Source: a virus (lineage: Duplodnaviria; Caudoviricetes). From it: a stretch of DNA of 64,000 bases. Shown here in pieces: positions 38,526 through 47,621 of this stretch. The notes beneath the pieces were generated by a model. It had not been told where the DNA came from. It made no database searches and saw nothing but the letters and a program-made list of their open reading frames with translations. Made by a program: the position numbers and the translations under genes. Numbering within the stretch: position 1 is the stretch's first letter; each line of letters opens with the position of its first letter. The stretch lies in IMG/VR virus record IMGVR_UViG_3300036770_008730. One strand, given 5' to 3'.

Positions 38526-38572
38526 AGTTTTTTTATGAAAAAAAGTTGTTTTTGTTTGAATGTCTATAAAAC

Positions 38573-38600
38573 AAAAAATCCCTAAAATATAGGGATTTTA
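38573..38600 (-). terminator. intrinsic terminator
   Basis: aaaatcccta-aaata-tagggatttt hairpin just downstream of 38608..39216. Confidence 0.75.
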
Positions 38601-38607
38601 ATTTCTA

Positions 38608-39216
38608 TTACATAGAAGGCTGATTCTCATCATCGTCATCATCTCCGACTTCTTCATCTTCCCAATTAGAATCATCATCAACCTCCTCTTCTTCATATTC
38701 ATCTTCAGGAAGTTCTCCTGTCTCATACTCATCAAATTCTTCTTCATACTCTGCATCAAATTCATTATCTTCTTCATCATCTTCATGATCGTGTGATGGA
38801 GATCCGTGATTCATTAAGAAATTATGAACGTGTTCTAGGTTTTCACAAGAAACCGATATGTGGTCTGAAGCCCAATCATGTTCTTTGAGTATCTCATCAA
38901 CTTCCTCTTGTGATAAATTCATAATAGCATCAATATATCTTTGCATTGTTTGAAGATTTGCAAAGAACATATAGTTACTTGTTGTTTGGTGTTCATTAAA
39001 GCTTTTAAGTCTTTTAGATTCATTTTGTTTCATGAAATCTGGTTCCTCAGAAAGATTATAAGGATTTTCTTGAGCTTCTTGTTTTTCATATTCAGTAAAC
39101 TCACCTGTTGGATTATTAACATCATATTCACCAGAATGTGTTTCCGGTTTATCGTCGGAATAAACTTCTGTTTCTTCTGGTAAGTTAAAATGTTCAAATT
39201 TTTTAATATTTTTCAT
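38608..39216 (-). CDS. acidic hypothetical protein
   Basis: N-terminus MKNIKKFEHF, internal KRLKSFNE, YMFFANL..HDWASDH core, Asp/Glu tail; TAATATATA 39240-39248. Confidence 0.7.
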   Translation of the reverse strand: MKNIKKFEHFNLPEETEVYSDDKPETHSGEYDVNNPTGEFTEYEKQEAQENPYNLSEEPDFMKQNESKRLKSFNEHQTTSNYMFFANLQTMQRYIDAIMNLSQEEVDEILKEHDWASDHISVSCENLEHVHNFLMNHGSPSHDHEDDEEDNEFDAEYEEEFDEYETGELPEDEYEEEEVDDDSNWEDEEVGDDDDDENQPSM

Positions 39217-39259
39217 AGTTAATTCGTTATTTATTAGGTTATATATTAGAATTGAAAAG

Positions 39260-40609
39260 TTATTTTAATACAGTAATAACTTCTGGATACCACTCTATAG
39301 CTTCTTTATTCTTTTCAGGATAGTTTAAAACTGAAAGTGCATATCTGATAGCATTCAGTCTTCCAATCTTTTTATCATTTGAATTTACAACGACCCAAGG
39401 ACATTTAGAACTGGATGTTCTGTTAAACATTTGATTTTTATAATTTGTGATTAAGTCATACTTATCTACAACTCTAGCATCATTAGGTGAGAATTTCCAA
39501 AATTTAAGTGGGTTAGTTTGTCTTAATTTGAATCTTTCTTTTTGTTTTTCTTCAGTAATTGAGAACCAAAACTTGATAAGTATTATTCCGGAATCGACCA
39601 AACTTTCTTCCCACGGAAGAACTTTCTCCATAAAGTCTTTATATTCTTCTTCTGTGCAATATCCATTTACTGGTTCAACAACAGCTCTATTATACCAACT
39701 TCTATCGAAGTAAACTATTTCTCCTGGATTTGGTAAATTCCTTTCATATCTTGAAAACCAATTTTTTCTTTCTTCTTCTGTTGGTATTCCCAAACCAGCA
39801 ACAACTCTTGCAACACCAGGTATTGCATTTAACATAAATCTTTTAATCGAAGATCCTTTGCCAGCGGAATCTCTACCTTCAAAAATTATGGCTACACGTT
39901 GTTTTTTATAACCAGGAATTGGTTCAAATCTGTATTTTTGTGTGGTGTCCATACCATCAACTTCTCTTAAAAACTTATGTCTTGTTCCTTCACCTGGAGT
40001 AGTATTTTTTCCAAGTTTTTCTTGATTTTCTTTCCAAGCTTTTATTTTCGATTGATATGCGTCATTAGCATCTGAAGTTTTAATCCTCTTTCCACCTTTT
40101 ACCCAACATTGAAGTTTTATCAACTCATCTTGAAGTTCTTCTTCTTCTGGTTGATAAACAGAACCTCTTATCAAAGAACTTTCTCCTTCTTCCGAGTCGA
40201 AATGTTCAGAGTCTTCTCCTCTAATTTGACCTGATTCAATTGATTCAAATCTTTCATCTAAGCTTTCTATGAAATTATCAAATTCTAATCGGATTAATTT
40301 CTTAGTATCTTTTCTTTTTAACTCTAGCAATTGATGGATTTTTATCAAGAATGTTTTGACATTCAAATCTCTTATTAGTTCTTCAGTAAATTCATTTGTA
40401 AGCTCTCTTATAGCAGTATTAAGATTAAAAAAGTCATCTGCTTCATAGCTAACTCCTCCACCTAATTTGTCTAACTTGATGTTTACTAATATAGATTCTT
40501 TATATTCTTGTAATCTATCAGTTAAGTTATATTTTATTTGTTGAAGATTCTCCTTAGAAAGGTTATTTAGTTCTTCATTTATAAACTTTAAATAATCTAA
40601 AATTTTCAT
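39260..40609 (-). CDS. ppk2: polyphosphate kinase 2 with N-terminal extension and internal insertion
   Basis: IIFEGRDSAGKG (Walker A), YFDRSWYNR (Walker B), IKFWFSI, WKFSPND, PW.VV.SNDKK.GRLNAIR. Confidence 0.93.
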   Translation of the reverse strand: MKILDYLKFINEELNNLSKENLQQIKYNLTDRLQEYKESILVNIKLDKLGGGVSYEADDFFNLNTAIRELTNEFTEELIRDLNVKTFLIKIHQLLELKRKDTKKLIRLEFDNFIESLDERFESIESGQIRGEDSEHFDSEEGESSLIRGSVYQPEEEELQDELIKLQCWVKGGKRIKTSDANDAYQSKIKAWKENQEKLGKNTTPGEGTRHKFLREVDGMDTTQKYRFEPIPGYKKQRVAIIFEGRDSAGKGSSIKRFMLNAIPGVARVVAGLGIPTEEERKNWFSRYERNLPNPGEIVYFDRSWYNRAVVEPVNGYCTEEEYKDFMEKVLPWEESLVDSGIILIKFWFSITEEKQKERFKLRQTNPLKFWKFSPNDARVVDKYDLITNYKNQMFNRTSSSKCPWVVVNSNDKKIGRLNAIRYALSVLNYPEKNKEAIEWYPEVITVLK

Positions 40610-40627
40610 ATTATTATATATTAAAAT

Positions 40628-41533
40628 TTATGCTAATTTTTTATCGAATAAGTAGAGGTCATATAAAGAGTTGCCTTTAACCTTTTTAATACTTTTTAAA
40701 ACATCACCAGTAATAGAATCTAAAACTTTATAAACACCTAAAAGTCCTCCTTTATCGTTCATAACTTTTACTGTGTTACCTGGTTGACCGAGTGCTCCTA
40801 AGATTGCAATATATTTATTTCCATATATGCTTTTCAAAAAGGAAACTCTGAGATTTGTTGTATCTTTTGTATTATTTACATAAGCATTTTCAAAAGGTTT
40901 CAGTAAATCCAATTTAGTAGATGTATCTTTAACTCTGATGGTAATAAACTTTCTTTCTTCAGAACCTAAGGTTACCTCTTCTCTGTTTTGAATTTTGTTT
41001 TGTTTTACTAAATCTTGTTGGTTTTTTCTGATGATATTAAAATCGGCCTTAGCAATTATTCCACCTCTCATGCCTTTGTCATTCATATTATAACCTGTTG
41101 GTGGTAACCTATAAAAAGATCCTGTAAAAGTCATGGATAGAATTCTATCAGCTCTAAACAACCTCCAAATTTTATTTATATGTCTTTTTTGAGAAACAGA
41201 CCAACCATTAAGATGCCAACCTCTTATAAGTAATTTACCTTGACTAGATTTACCTAATACCATAGGATAAATAACTCTTTCATGTCCTGCGAAATGTTTA
41301 TCTTCTTCTCCTTTGTAGTTAATAAGAAATATCATTCCATATTTAATTGCCTTTGTAAGTATTTCCTGAGTGAATTTAATGGGTTTATTAACAGGTATAT
41401 CGGATATTTCTTTAACATTGTTTAAAGAAAAACGAGGGATAAATTCATTATCCTCAATCAAATTATAATGTTCCCTTATAACAAACTCTACAGGTTTCTT
41501 ATTGTAGAAGTCTCTCAATTGGCTAAGATTCAT
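40628..41533 (-). CDS. WYL-domain protein
   Basis: INYKG...HERVIYPMVLG....LLIRGW....IWRLFRADRI; TAATATATA 41539-41547. Confidence 0.6.
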   Translation of the reverse strand: MNLSQLRDFYNKKPVEFVIREHYNLIEDNEFIPRFSLNNVKEISDIPVNKPIKFTQEILTKAIKYGMIFLINYKGEEDKHFAGHERVIYPMVLGKSSQGKLLIRGWHLNGWSVSQKRHINKIWRLFRADRILSMTFTGSFYRLPPTGYNMNDKGMRGGIIAKADFNIIRKNQQDLVKQNKIQNREEVTLGSEERKFITIRVKDTSTKLDLLKPFENAYVNNTKDTTNLRVSFLKSIYGNKYIAILGALGQPGNTVKVMNDKGGLLGVYKVLDSITGDVLKSIKKVKGNSLYDLYLFDKKLA

Positions 41534-41574
41534 AAATGTATATATTATTTCTTCTTTGTTGACTTTTTAAAATA

Positions 41575-41601
41575 AAAAAAGAGAGAACAAACTTCTCTCT
41601 T
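41575..41601 (-). terminator. intrinsic terminator
   Basis: agagagaa-caaac-ttctctct hairpin with A-tract on plus strand (U-tract on minus). Confidence 0.65.
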
Positions 41602-41627
41602 TCAATTCCTACTTTTAGTAAATAATA

Positions 41628-41888
41628 TTATTTAACTTCGTTAGTAGAGTCAGCAACTGTAACTGTTGCTGAAGCATCATATATAATACCATTAATTTTG
41701 TAATTAAGATTTGTTACATTAAAAATCATTCCAGTTCCTGACCAAGATGCAGCACCTGAAATAAGTTGTGTATCTGTACCACCTGGTAAATCATTTAATG
41801 TTAAATAATAATTTGTTGCAGTAGGAGAATTAGCTTCTGTTGCTGCAAGATATTTATTATTTGGTAAATCTCTTCTTAATTGTCCCAT
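41628..41888 (-). CDS. small virion-type protein, possibly truncated
   Basis: 86 aa Thr/Ala/Gly-rich, co-oriented with adhesin gene. Confidence 0.5.
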   Translation of the reverse strand: MGQLRRDLPNNKYLAATEANSPTATNYYLTLNDLPGGTDTQLISGAASWSGTGMIFNVTNLNYKINGIIYDASATVTVADSTNEVK

Positions 41889-41910
41889 GTTATTTTATGT
41901 TGTACATTAA

Positions 41911-44535
41911 TTATATTGTTTTTATAAAAGCAGGATCTCCTACTAAAAGATTACTAGATTGTCCTGGAGTTAATATATTTTGTATACTAGGAACTCCTTT
42001 AGATATTCCATTAGGTAAACTGTTAACATACCTTATACCTTTTGAAGTAGAGCTTTTTTTGCTATCAGTTATTACTAATAATTGTTGTGGCCTTGATAAT
42101 GTGCAACCACTAATATCTACAAACTTTGCTATTTTTTCAAAATTATCTGTAAATGTTACGGTATAATTGTTTGTTGCGATTGTCGGTCTAACAACTGTTC
42201 TTGTATAAGCATTACCACAGAAAAATTCATTCATAGTTAAAATTGTTGCTGTACCTGCAACATTAACACTTTTCCAAGCAATTTTGTGCATATTTGTAAG
42301 CGTGTGATTCAAATTTTGATTTAAGTACAAATCGCATTTACTTGCATCAACATTACCCCTTATTAAGTTTATTATTCTTGCTACTCCATTTGCAAAATTG
42401 ATAGGAGTACTAATTGTTATTTTACCACCAGTATCAAAATATAAATTTGTATTTATAGGATAAATTATATTTAAACTTGATATAACCCCATTACCTACCA
42501 TATAAATATTTCCTGCTCCTTGAGTTGATGCAGGCGCATTGAAAAATACACTACCTCCAACATATACTGTTCCTGTGATTGAACAGACACTACTGTTACC
42601 ACTAAATGTTAAATTATTTGAACAATAAATTATTCCTGAATATGTTATTGTTGTAACAGATGCCCCAGAAGAAGAATTATTTATATTGCAATTCCCACAA
42701 TAAATATCAAAAGTACCACTTATTGTTCCATTACCACCACAAGTAAAAGTGTTTGAAATATATAAATTATTTGCTAATGTCATAGTATTTGCTCCACCAC
42801 TAGCAAAGAAAAAATTATTCCAAGTAATATCAGAAATATTTATGGTACCGCCACGCACATAGAAAGTATTAGAATTTGTCGTAGTGTCAATAGTTCCAGA
42901 TAATTTACTTATTGTTCCACCACCTAAAAACACAATAGTTCCAAATGTTATAGTTCCTGCTGTGTCTATTGTTATATCTCCATTATGGGAAGCATAAAAA
43001 CCCGCAACAGTTGTAGTACAAGACCAAGTTCCATTTCCAACTAATCTAATAGGTGTGCAAGTAATAGTTCCAGAACTATTATCCATATTATTAAGTGTAT
43101 AATTACCTGATATATTTATATTAGCACTACCATTATTTACTACATAAGTATAACCTAATCTTAAATTAACAAAAAGATTAACAATGTTTATATCAGTATT
43201 TGTAAATGATACATTTACACTTGAAATATTATTACCAATATATAAATCCCCAGTTAGATTGTAAACTGCTCCTGAATGGGTTATAGTTCCATTAAAGTAT
43301 TGAGCATAATTAGTAATGTTTAAATTACTTGTTAATGTTATTGTTGCTGTTGTTCCACATATTAATCTATACCAACTCATATCACTTGTATTAAGTGTTG
43401 TTGAACCACCTATATTCAATATACTTGAATTAGATGTAGCATCTACCGTTCCTCCTGATGCAATAAAAGTTAGAGTACCTGTTCTATAATAAACATTTGA
43501 TCCTAAAGTGAGAGTTCCGCTTGGTTTGTTTATTGTAATATTTTTTTGAATATAACCTGCTGCGGTATGAGTCCAAGATTGACTACCTGTTCCATTAATT
43601 AATATATCAAATGAACCAGTTATAGTAGCTGTCGTTGTTACACTTAAATTACCTGTAACTATAATATCACTACCATTAATAGTCGTTGTTGTTGTTCCTG
43701 AAAATGATAATGTTCCTGAAACAGTTAAGTTATTATTTAGTGTAAAAGTTTGAGCTGTTGTACCTGCAAAAGTAAAATTATTCCAAATAATACCATCTGT
43801 TTCAAAAGTTGTACCAACTGCTGAATTTAAAGTTGATGTACCTTCATCAACTGTTCCTTGAACATAGGTAAAAGTTCCTGTGTTGTAGTTTATTGTTCCT
43901 GATAAAAAAAGTGTACCACCTGTTTTATCTATTTTTATATTACTTCTTGTTTGTCCAGTTGATGAGTAAGATATGGTTTGATTTGCAGTACCAGTAAACT
44001 TAATTGTTGCATTACCAGTTAATACTGCACCTGTTCCACTTGATGTAAAATCTCCAAGCACATCAAATCTTTCAGGGTCAAGAGCATCACTTGAATCTAA
44101 AGTAAATGTATTACCTGTTGCTCCACTTACAGTTATTAATCCACTAATAGTTATTTTATCAATTAATGTAATAGTGTATGAACCAGGAGCGAAAGTAAAC
44201 CTAAATGTCCAAATTTTTCCATTTGATGTTAAATTACCAGTACCAGTTTTTCTAAAATCTCCATTAGCACCTGATGCAACTGTATATGTAGATAATCCAC
44301 CAGCATCACCAAATGTTATGTTTCTTGAAACACTTAATGTAGAATTAAAAGTAATAACATTTTGATAATTAGAAAAATCTATATCTTGTATAGTAGTAGT
44401 AGTATTAACAGTTAATTGACCAGATGATGTTGTAAAATCAATAGCATCTGTTGCTCCTGGTATTCCTACCCCGCCAACATAAGTTGATGCAGAATTTATA
44501 TTACCTCCACTTGGAGCTACTGTGTAAGTTGCCAT
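41911..44535 (-). CDS. beta-helical adhesin / tail-fibre-like protein
   Basis: 874 aa Thr/Gly/Asn-rich imperfect repeats (ITINKPSGTLTLG, IKIDKTGGTLFLSG, ITIDTAGTITFG). Confidence 0.6.
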   Translation of the reverse strand: MATYTVAPSGGNINSASTYVGGVGIPGATDAIDFTTSSGQLTVNTTTTIQDIDFSNYQNVITFNSTLSVSRNITFGDAGGLSTYTVASGANGDFRKTGTGNLTSNGKIWTFRFTFAPGSYTITLIDKITISGLITVSGATGNTFTLDSSDALDPERFDVLGDFTSSGTGAVLTGNATIKFTGTANQTISYSSTGQTRSNIKIDKTGGTLFLSGTINYNTGTFTYVQGTVDEGTSTLNSAVGTTFETDGIIWNNFTFAGTTAQTFTLNNNLTVSGTLSFSGTTTTTINGSDIIVTGNLSVTTTATITGSFDILINGTGSQSWTHTAAGYIQKNITINKPSGTLTLGSNVYYRTGTLTFIASGGTVDATSNSSILNIGGSTTLNTSDMSWYRLICGTTATITLTSNLNITNYAQYFNGTITHSGAVYNLTGDLYIGNNISSVNVSFTNTDINIVNLFVNLRLGYTYVVNNGSANINISGNYTLNNMDNSSGTITCTPIRLVGNGTWSCTTTVAGFYASHNGDITIDTAGTITFGTIVFLGGGTISKLSGTIDTTTNSNTFYVRGGTINISDITWNNFFFASGGANTMTLANNLYISNTFTCGGNGTISGTFDIYCGNCNINNSSSGASVTTITYSGIIYCSNNLTFSGNSSVCSITGTVYVGGSVFFNAPASTQGAGNIYMVGNGVISSLNIIYPINTNLYFDTGGKITISTPINFANGVARIINLIRGNVDASKCDLYLNQNLNHTLTNMHKIAWKSVNVAGTATILTMNEFFCGNAYTRTVVRPTIATNNYTVTFTDNFEKIAKFVDISGCTLSRPQQLLVITDSKKSSTSKGIRYVNSLPNGISKGVPSIQNILTPGQSSNLLVGDPAFIKTI

Positions 44536-44548
44536 AACTTATAATCTA

Positions 44549-44974
44549 TTAATAATCTCCTGCAAAAGCACAAGCGTCTGTTTGGTCTTGTCCGCCTAAA
44601 AAAATTGATTGAATAACACTCATTATTTGACCAGATTGCATAATTATTGGTTGATCAAAAGTGTAAATAGCTGTTTGTCCAATAGTAGATGTATTATTTC
44701 TTGTTGCTGCCGCTGCTGCTACTTCTCCAATTAATCTTGGATTTGCACCAAGAGTATCAGATAAAAATATTCTATACTGTTTTGCCCCTGCTGCAACTCC
44801 TGCAGTAGCTTGTGAGTTAATAAATCTTACTCCATCTACTCTTGTACCGTCAGTAACTGCTGTAACTAAAGTCTCTAAAGTTCCTGATCCGTCAGATGCT
44901 GTATTAGCAGCTGCTATTCTAGCAGGAGTAAAGTTGCCTTGTCTTATAAATATTGGTGTTGTGTTTGCTGCCAT
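44549..44974 (-). CDS. small virion structural-type protein
   Basis: MAANTTPIF..., jelly-roll-like beta pattern, ends FAGDY. Confidence 0.55.
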   Translation of the reverse strand: MAANTTPIFIRQGNFTPARIAAANTASDGSGTLETLVTAVTDGTRVDGVRFINSQATAGVAAGAKQYRIFLSDTLGANPRLIGEVAAAAATRNNTSTIGQTAIYTFDQPIIMQSGQIMSVIQSIFLGGQDQTDACAFAGDY

Positions 44975-45237
44975 TATATTAAAGTGTTATTGTTTATGTA
45001 TTCTATTAATTCTTCGTTGCTATATTCTTTTATTTTTATAGTCATGTTTCCATTATCAACTGTTCTAGTTATATGAATAGCTTGTATTCCTATTTCTGTT
45101 GCAGCTCCTTTTACTTCATCACTATGATATATACCATCTGTATATTCTTTAGGATTACAAACACAAGAATAGATTACTTCCTCTGGATAAGGTAAACTTT
45201 CAATAATATGCCCATCAGGCGCAGGATATTTCATCAT
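44974..45237 (-). CDS. hypothetical protein
   Basis: 87 aa, translationally coupled on both sides. Confidence 0.55.
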   Translation of the reverse strand: MMKYPAPDGHIIESLPYPEEVIYSCVCNPKEYTDGIYHSDEVKGAATEIGIQAIHITRTVDNGNMTIKIKEYSNEELIEYINNNTLI

Positions 45238-45452
45238 ATTTTTTTATTTTTAAAGTTAACAGCAACTGTTGTGTCAACAACTACTGCTGTAGCAGTAGAG
45301 TCAGCAGCTGGTGCTGCAGTTTCAACAGCAACTGTTGTGTCAACAACTACTGCTGTAGCAGTAGAGTCAGCAGCTGGTGTTTCTTCAGTAGTAGCAGTTC
45401 CACAAGAGAACAAAAATGCTGAACATACTAAAATAAGCGCGATTTTTTTCAT
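45234..45452 (-). CDS. small lipoprotein (Bacteroidota type)
   Basis: MKKIALILVCSAFLFS-C lipobox; duplicated PAADSTATAVVVDTTVAV. Confidence 0.75.
   Translation of the reverse strand: MKKIALILVCSAFLFSCGTATTEETPAADSTATAVVVDTTVAVETAAPAADSTATAVVVDTTVAVNFKNKKI
45258..45379. repeat. 56-bp perfect direct repeat, 66-bp period
   Basis: aacagcaactgttgtgtcaacaactactgctgtagcagtagagtcagcagctggtg at 45258-45313 and 45324-45379. Confidence 0.9.
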
Positions 45453-45556
45453 GTTTTAATTTATTTTTTTCAGACATATATATAATTTTTTTCTCTCTTT
45501 GTTTTAAAATTAAGAGATAATTTTTTTTAATATATACAAAAAAACCTTAGAATATT

Positions 45557-46288
45557 ATGTCTATTAATAGCAGAGAAGAATTAAATAATTATTATCAATA
45601 TTTTAATAATTTAGTTGATGACTATACAGATAAGTGGAAAATTAGACCATCTAATCTAAAAAGATATCTTCAACCTGGTAGTGAAAGATTTAATAAATTT
45701 TTAGAAAAATCCAAATCTCACGTAAGACAAAAATGGGGTGTCGAAATTAATGATGCTTATGGTAGATTAGTTCTTCAGAATATTTTGGAAGATAGATATC
45801 ATATGGAAAAAGACGGAGTTCTTACTTTTGAATCTTATAATGTTTTTGAATCTGATGAGTTTAAACTAAAATCAATGAAAGATTGTTTATATAAAGGAAT
45901 TGAAAAATCTACTATTAAAATGGAAAAAATTCTAGCAGATTATTTTGATACTAATTTATCCGACATCGATGTTGAAGATTCCAACAAACATTTATTCAAA
46001 ATTAGCGAATGGAAAGAAAAAGATTTATCAGTCATTATTTATTCTGAGGAAGAGATGGATGTCATAAAAGAAAATATAAGTGGTCATTTGTTAGAAGAAT
46101 TACAAGATAAAAAAATAATGCTAACTGATGACTTACATATTGACTTAAAAGATATTTTAGATAGAGAATCTTATGAATCTAAAGTAAAGTCTAAACTGAC
46201 AGACAACTATTGTATTAAAGTGATTGAGGATTTAACAGGACATAAATATAAAGGTAATCCGGATTCACATTACGTTTGGGTCATGTAA
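45557..46288 (+). CDS. hypothetical protein
   Basis: 243 aa; TTAATATATA 45527-45536; internal LTFESYNVFES. Confidence 0.7.
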   Translation: MSINSREELNNYYQYFNNLVDDYTDKWKIRPSNLKRYLQPGSERFNKFLEKSKSHVRQKWGVEINDAYGRLVLQNILEDRYHMEKDGVLTFESYNVFESDEFKLKSMKDCLYKGIEKSTIKMEKILADYFDTNLSDIDVEDSNKHLFKISEWKEKDLSVIIYSEEEMDVIKENISGHLLEELQDKKIMLTDDLHIDLKDILDRESYESKVKSKLTDNYCIKVIEDLTGHKYKGNPDSHYVWVM

Positions 46289-46733
46289 CATCATGATATA
46301 ACTCTTTATATAATTTTATAATTTTTGCATTCTCCAATTCAATATTAACCATTTCAATATATTTTTTTATAATGGTTTTGTGACTTTCCTTTAATTCTAA
46401 TTTATGCAGTGTTTCTAAAGGAGTCCAGTAGTAGTTTTCGGATGTATTGATTGGTTCTATGTTTGAGATACAAACTCCGTGATGTATTTTTACATCTTTT
46501 ATTGTTTGTATACTCCACGGATTTATAATTGCGTCGTGATTAATGGTATATGAGTTTGTAATATCTTCTAATTTTGTTTCGAATATTTGTTCTGTTAATT
46601 TTATAGTGCTTTTAATTGATGTAATTTCATCTTCTAATTCTTTATGTGGTAATATCCAATTTTCATTTTCTTTTTTTAGAAGTATCATATCTCCGTTTAG
46701 TATGCAGGTAAATGTAATTTCGACTTTTCTCAT
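46281..46733 (-). CDS. degenerate Nudix-fold protein
   Basis: ILLKK..ENWILPHKELE and YYWTPLETL..L.L.ESHKTII flank a non-canonical Nudix box. Confidence 0.4.
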   Translation of the reverse strand: MRKVEITFTCILNGDMILLKKENENWILPHKELEDEITSIKSTIKLTEQIFETKLEDITNSYTINHDAIINPWSIQTIKDVKIHHGVCISNIEPINTSENYYWTPLETLHKLELKESHKTIIKKYIEMVNIELENAKIIKLYKELYHDVT

Positions 46734-46793
46734 TTTTAAAATTAATTTTTTAATTTTTATATCAAATATATATTCTAAAAATAATAATTTGTT

Positions 46794-47621
46794 ATGTTGT
46801 TAAAAATAGGGAGTAAAGGCGAAGATGTAAAAAAACTTCAATCTAAATTAGGATTATCATCTGATGGTGTTTTTGGTAATGGTACTGACTTAGCTGTAAA
46901 GAAATGGCAGTCAGAAAATGGACTAACACCTGATGGTATTGTCGGTGATGCAACTTGGAATAAAATGTTTGGACCAACTGTTGCTGCTACACTTTCAAAT
47001 GTTGTACCTGTTGTTGGTGAAATTAAATTAGAAAAATTAAAAGGTCATATTCCAGATGCAGTTTTATCTCAAATACCAGATGTGATTTCTAAATTCAACT
47101 GTAATACTCCTTTGAGATTAGCTCATTTTTTAGCTCAGTGTGGTCATGAAAGTGGTAATTTCAAAGCCGTTTCAGAGAATCTAAATTATTCCGCTGATGG
47201 ATTGAAAAAAATATTCGGAAAATATTTTCCAGGTGATTTATCTAATTCTTATGCTAAGAATCCAGAAAAGATTGCTTCACGTGTTTATGGTAGTAGGATG
47301 GGTAACGGAGATGAGAGTACAAAAGATGGATTTAAATTTCGCGGTCGAGGATATATTCAATTGACTGGAAAAGATAACTATACTAAATTTACAAAATTTA
47401 TTGGAGAGGATTGTATTGGTAATCCAGATTTAGTTGCGACTAAATATCCTTTAGCTTCTGCTGCATTTTTCTTTGATTCTAACAAATTATGGGCTATTTG
47501 TGATAAAGGATCAGATGATGCGACCGTTACTGCTGTAACTAAACGAGTAAATGGCGGTACTATTGGATTATCTGATAGAATAAAACACTTTAAAGAGTTT
47601 TACTCATATTTAATCAAATAA
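46794..47621 (+). CDS. endolysin: PG-binding domain plus GH19 glycosidase
   Basis: LKIGSKGEDVKKLQSKL..DG.FG.GT..AVK.WQ..GL..DGIVG; RLAHFLAQCGHESG, ENLNYSA, FRGRGYIQLTG, TKRVNGG. Confidence 0.93.
   Translation: MLLKIGSKGEDVKKLQSKLGLSSDGVFGNGTDLAVKKWQSENGLTPDGIVGDATWNKMFGPTVAATLSNVVPVVGEIKLEKLKGHIPDAVLSQIPDVISKFNCNTPLRLAHFLAQCGHESGNFKAVSENLNYSADGLKKIFGKYFPGDLSNSYAKNPEKIASRVYGSRMGNGDESTKDGFKFRGRGYIQLTGKDNYTKFTKFIGEDCIGNPDLVATKYPLASAAFFFDSNKLWAICDKGSDDATVTAVTKRVNGGTIGLSDRIKHFKEFYSYLIK

Noticed and set aside
32521-38570. Possible middle-promoter motif AAACA...TTCATAAAAA upstream of clamp, 38124..38525 and loosely PolB
   Set aside because: Too few and too degenerate in an AT-rich background to support
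31087-40609. Inteins in the PolB and PPK2 insertions
   Set aside because: No Cys/Ser start with His-Asn end, no LAGLIDADG motifs, and inserts too short
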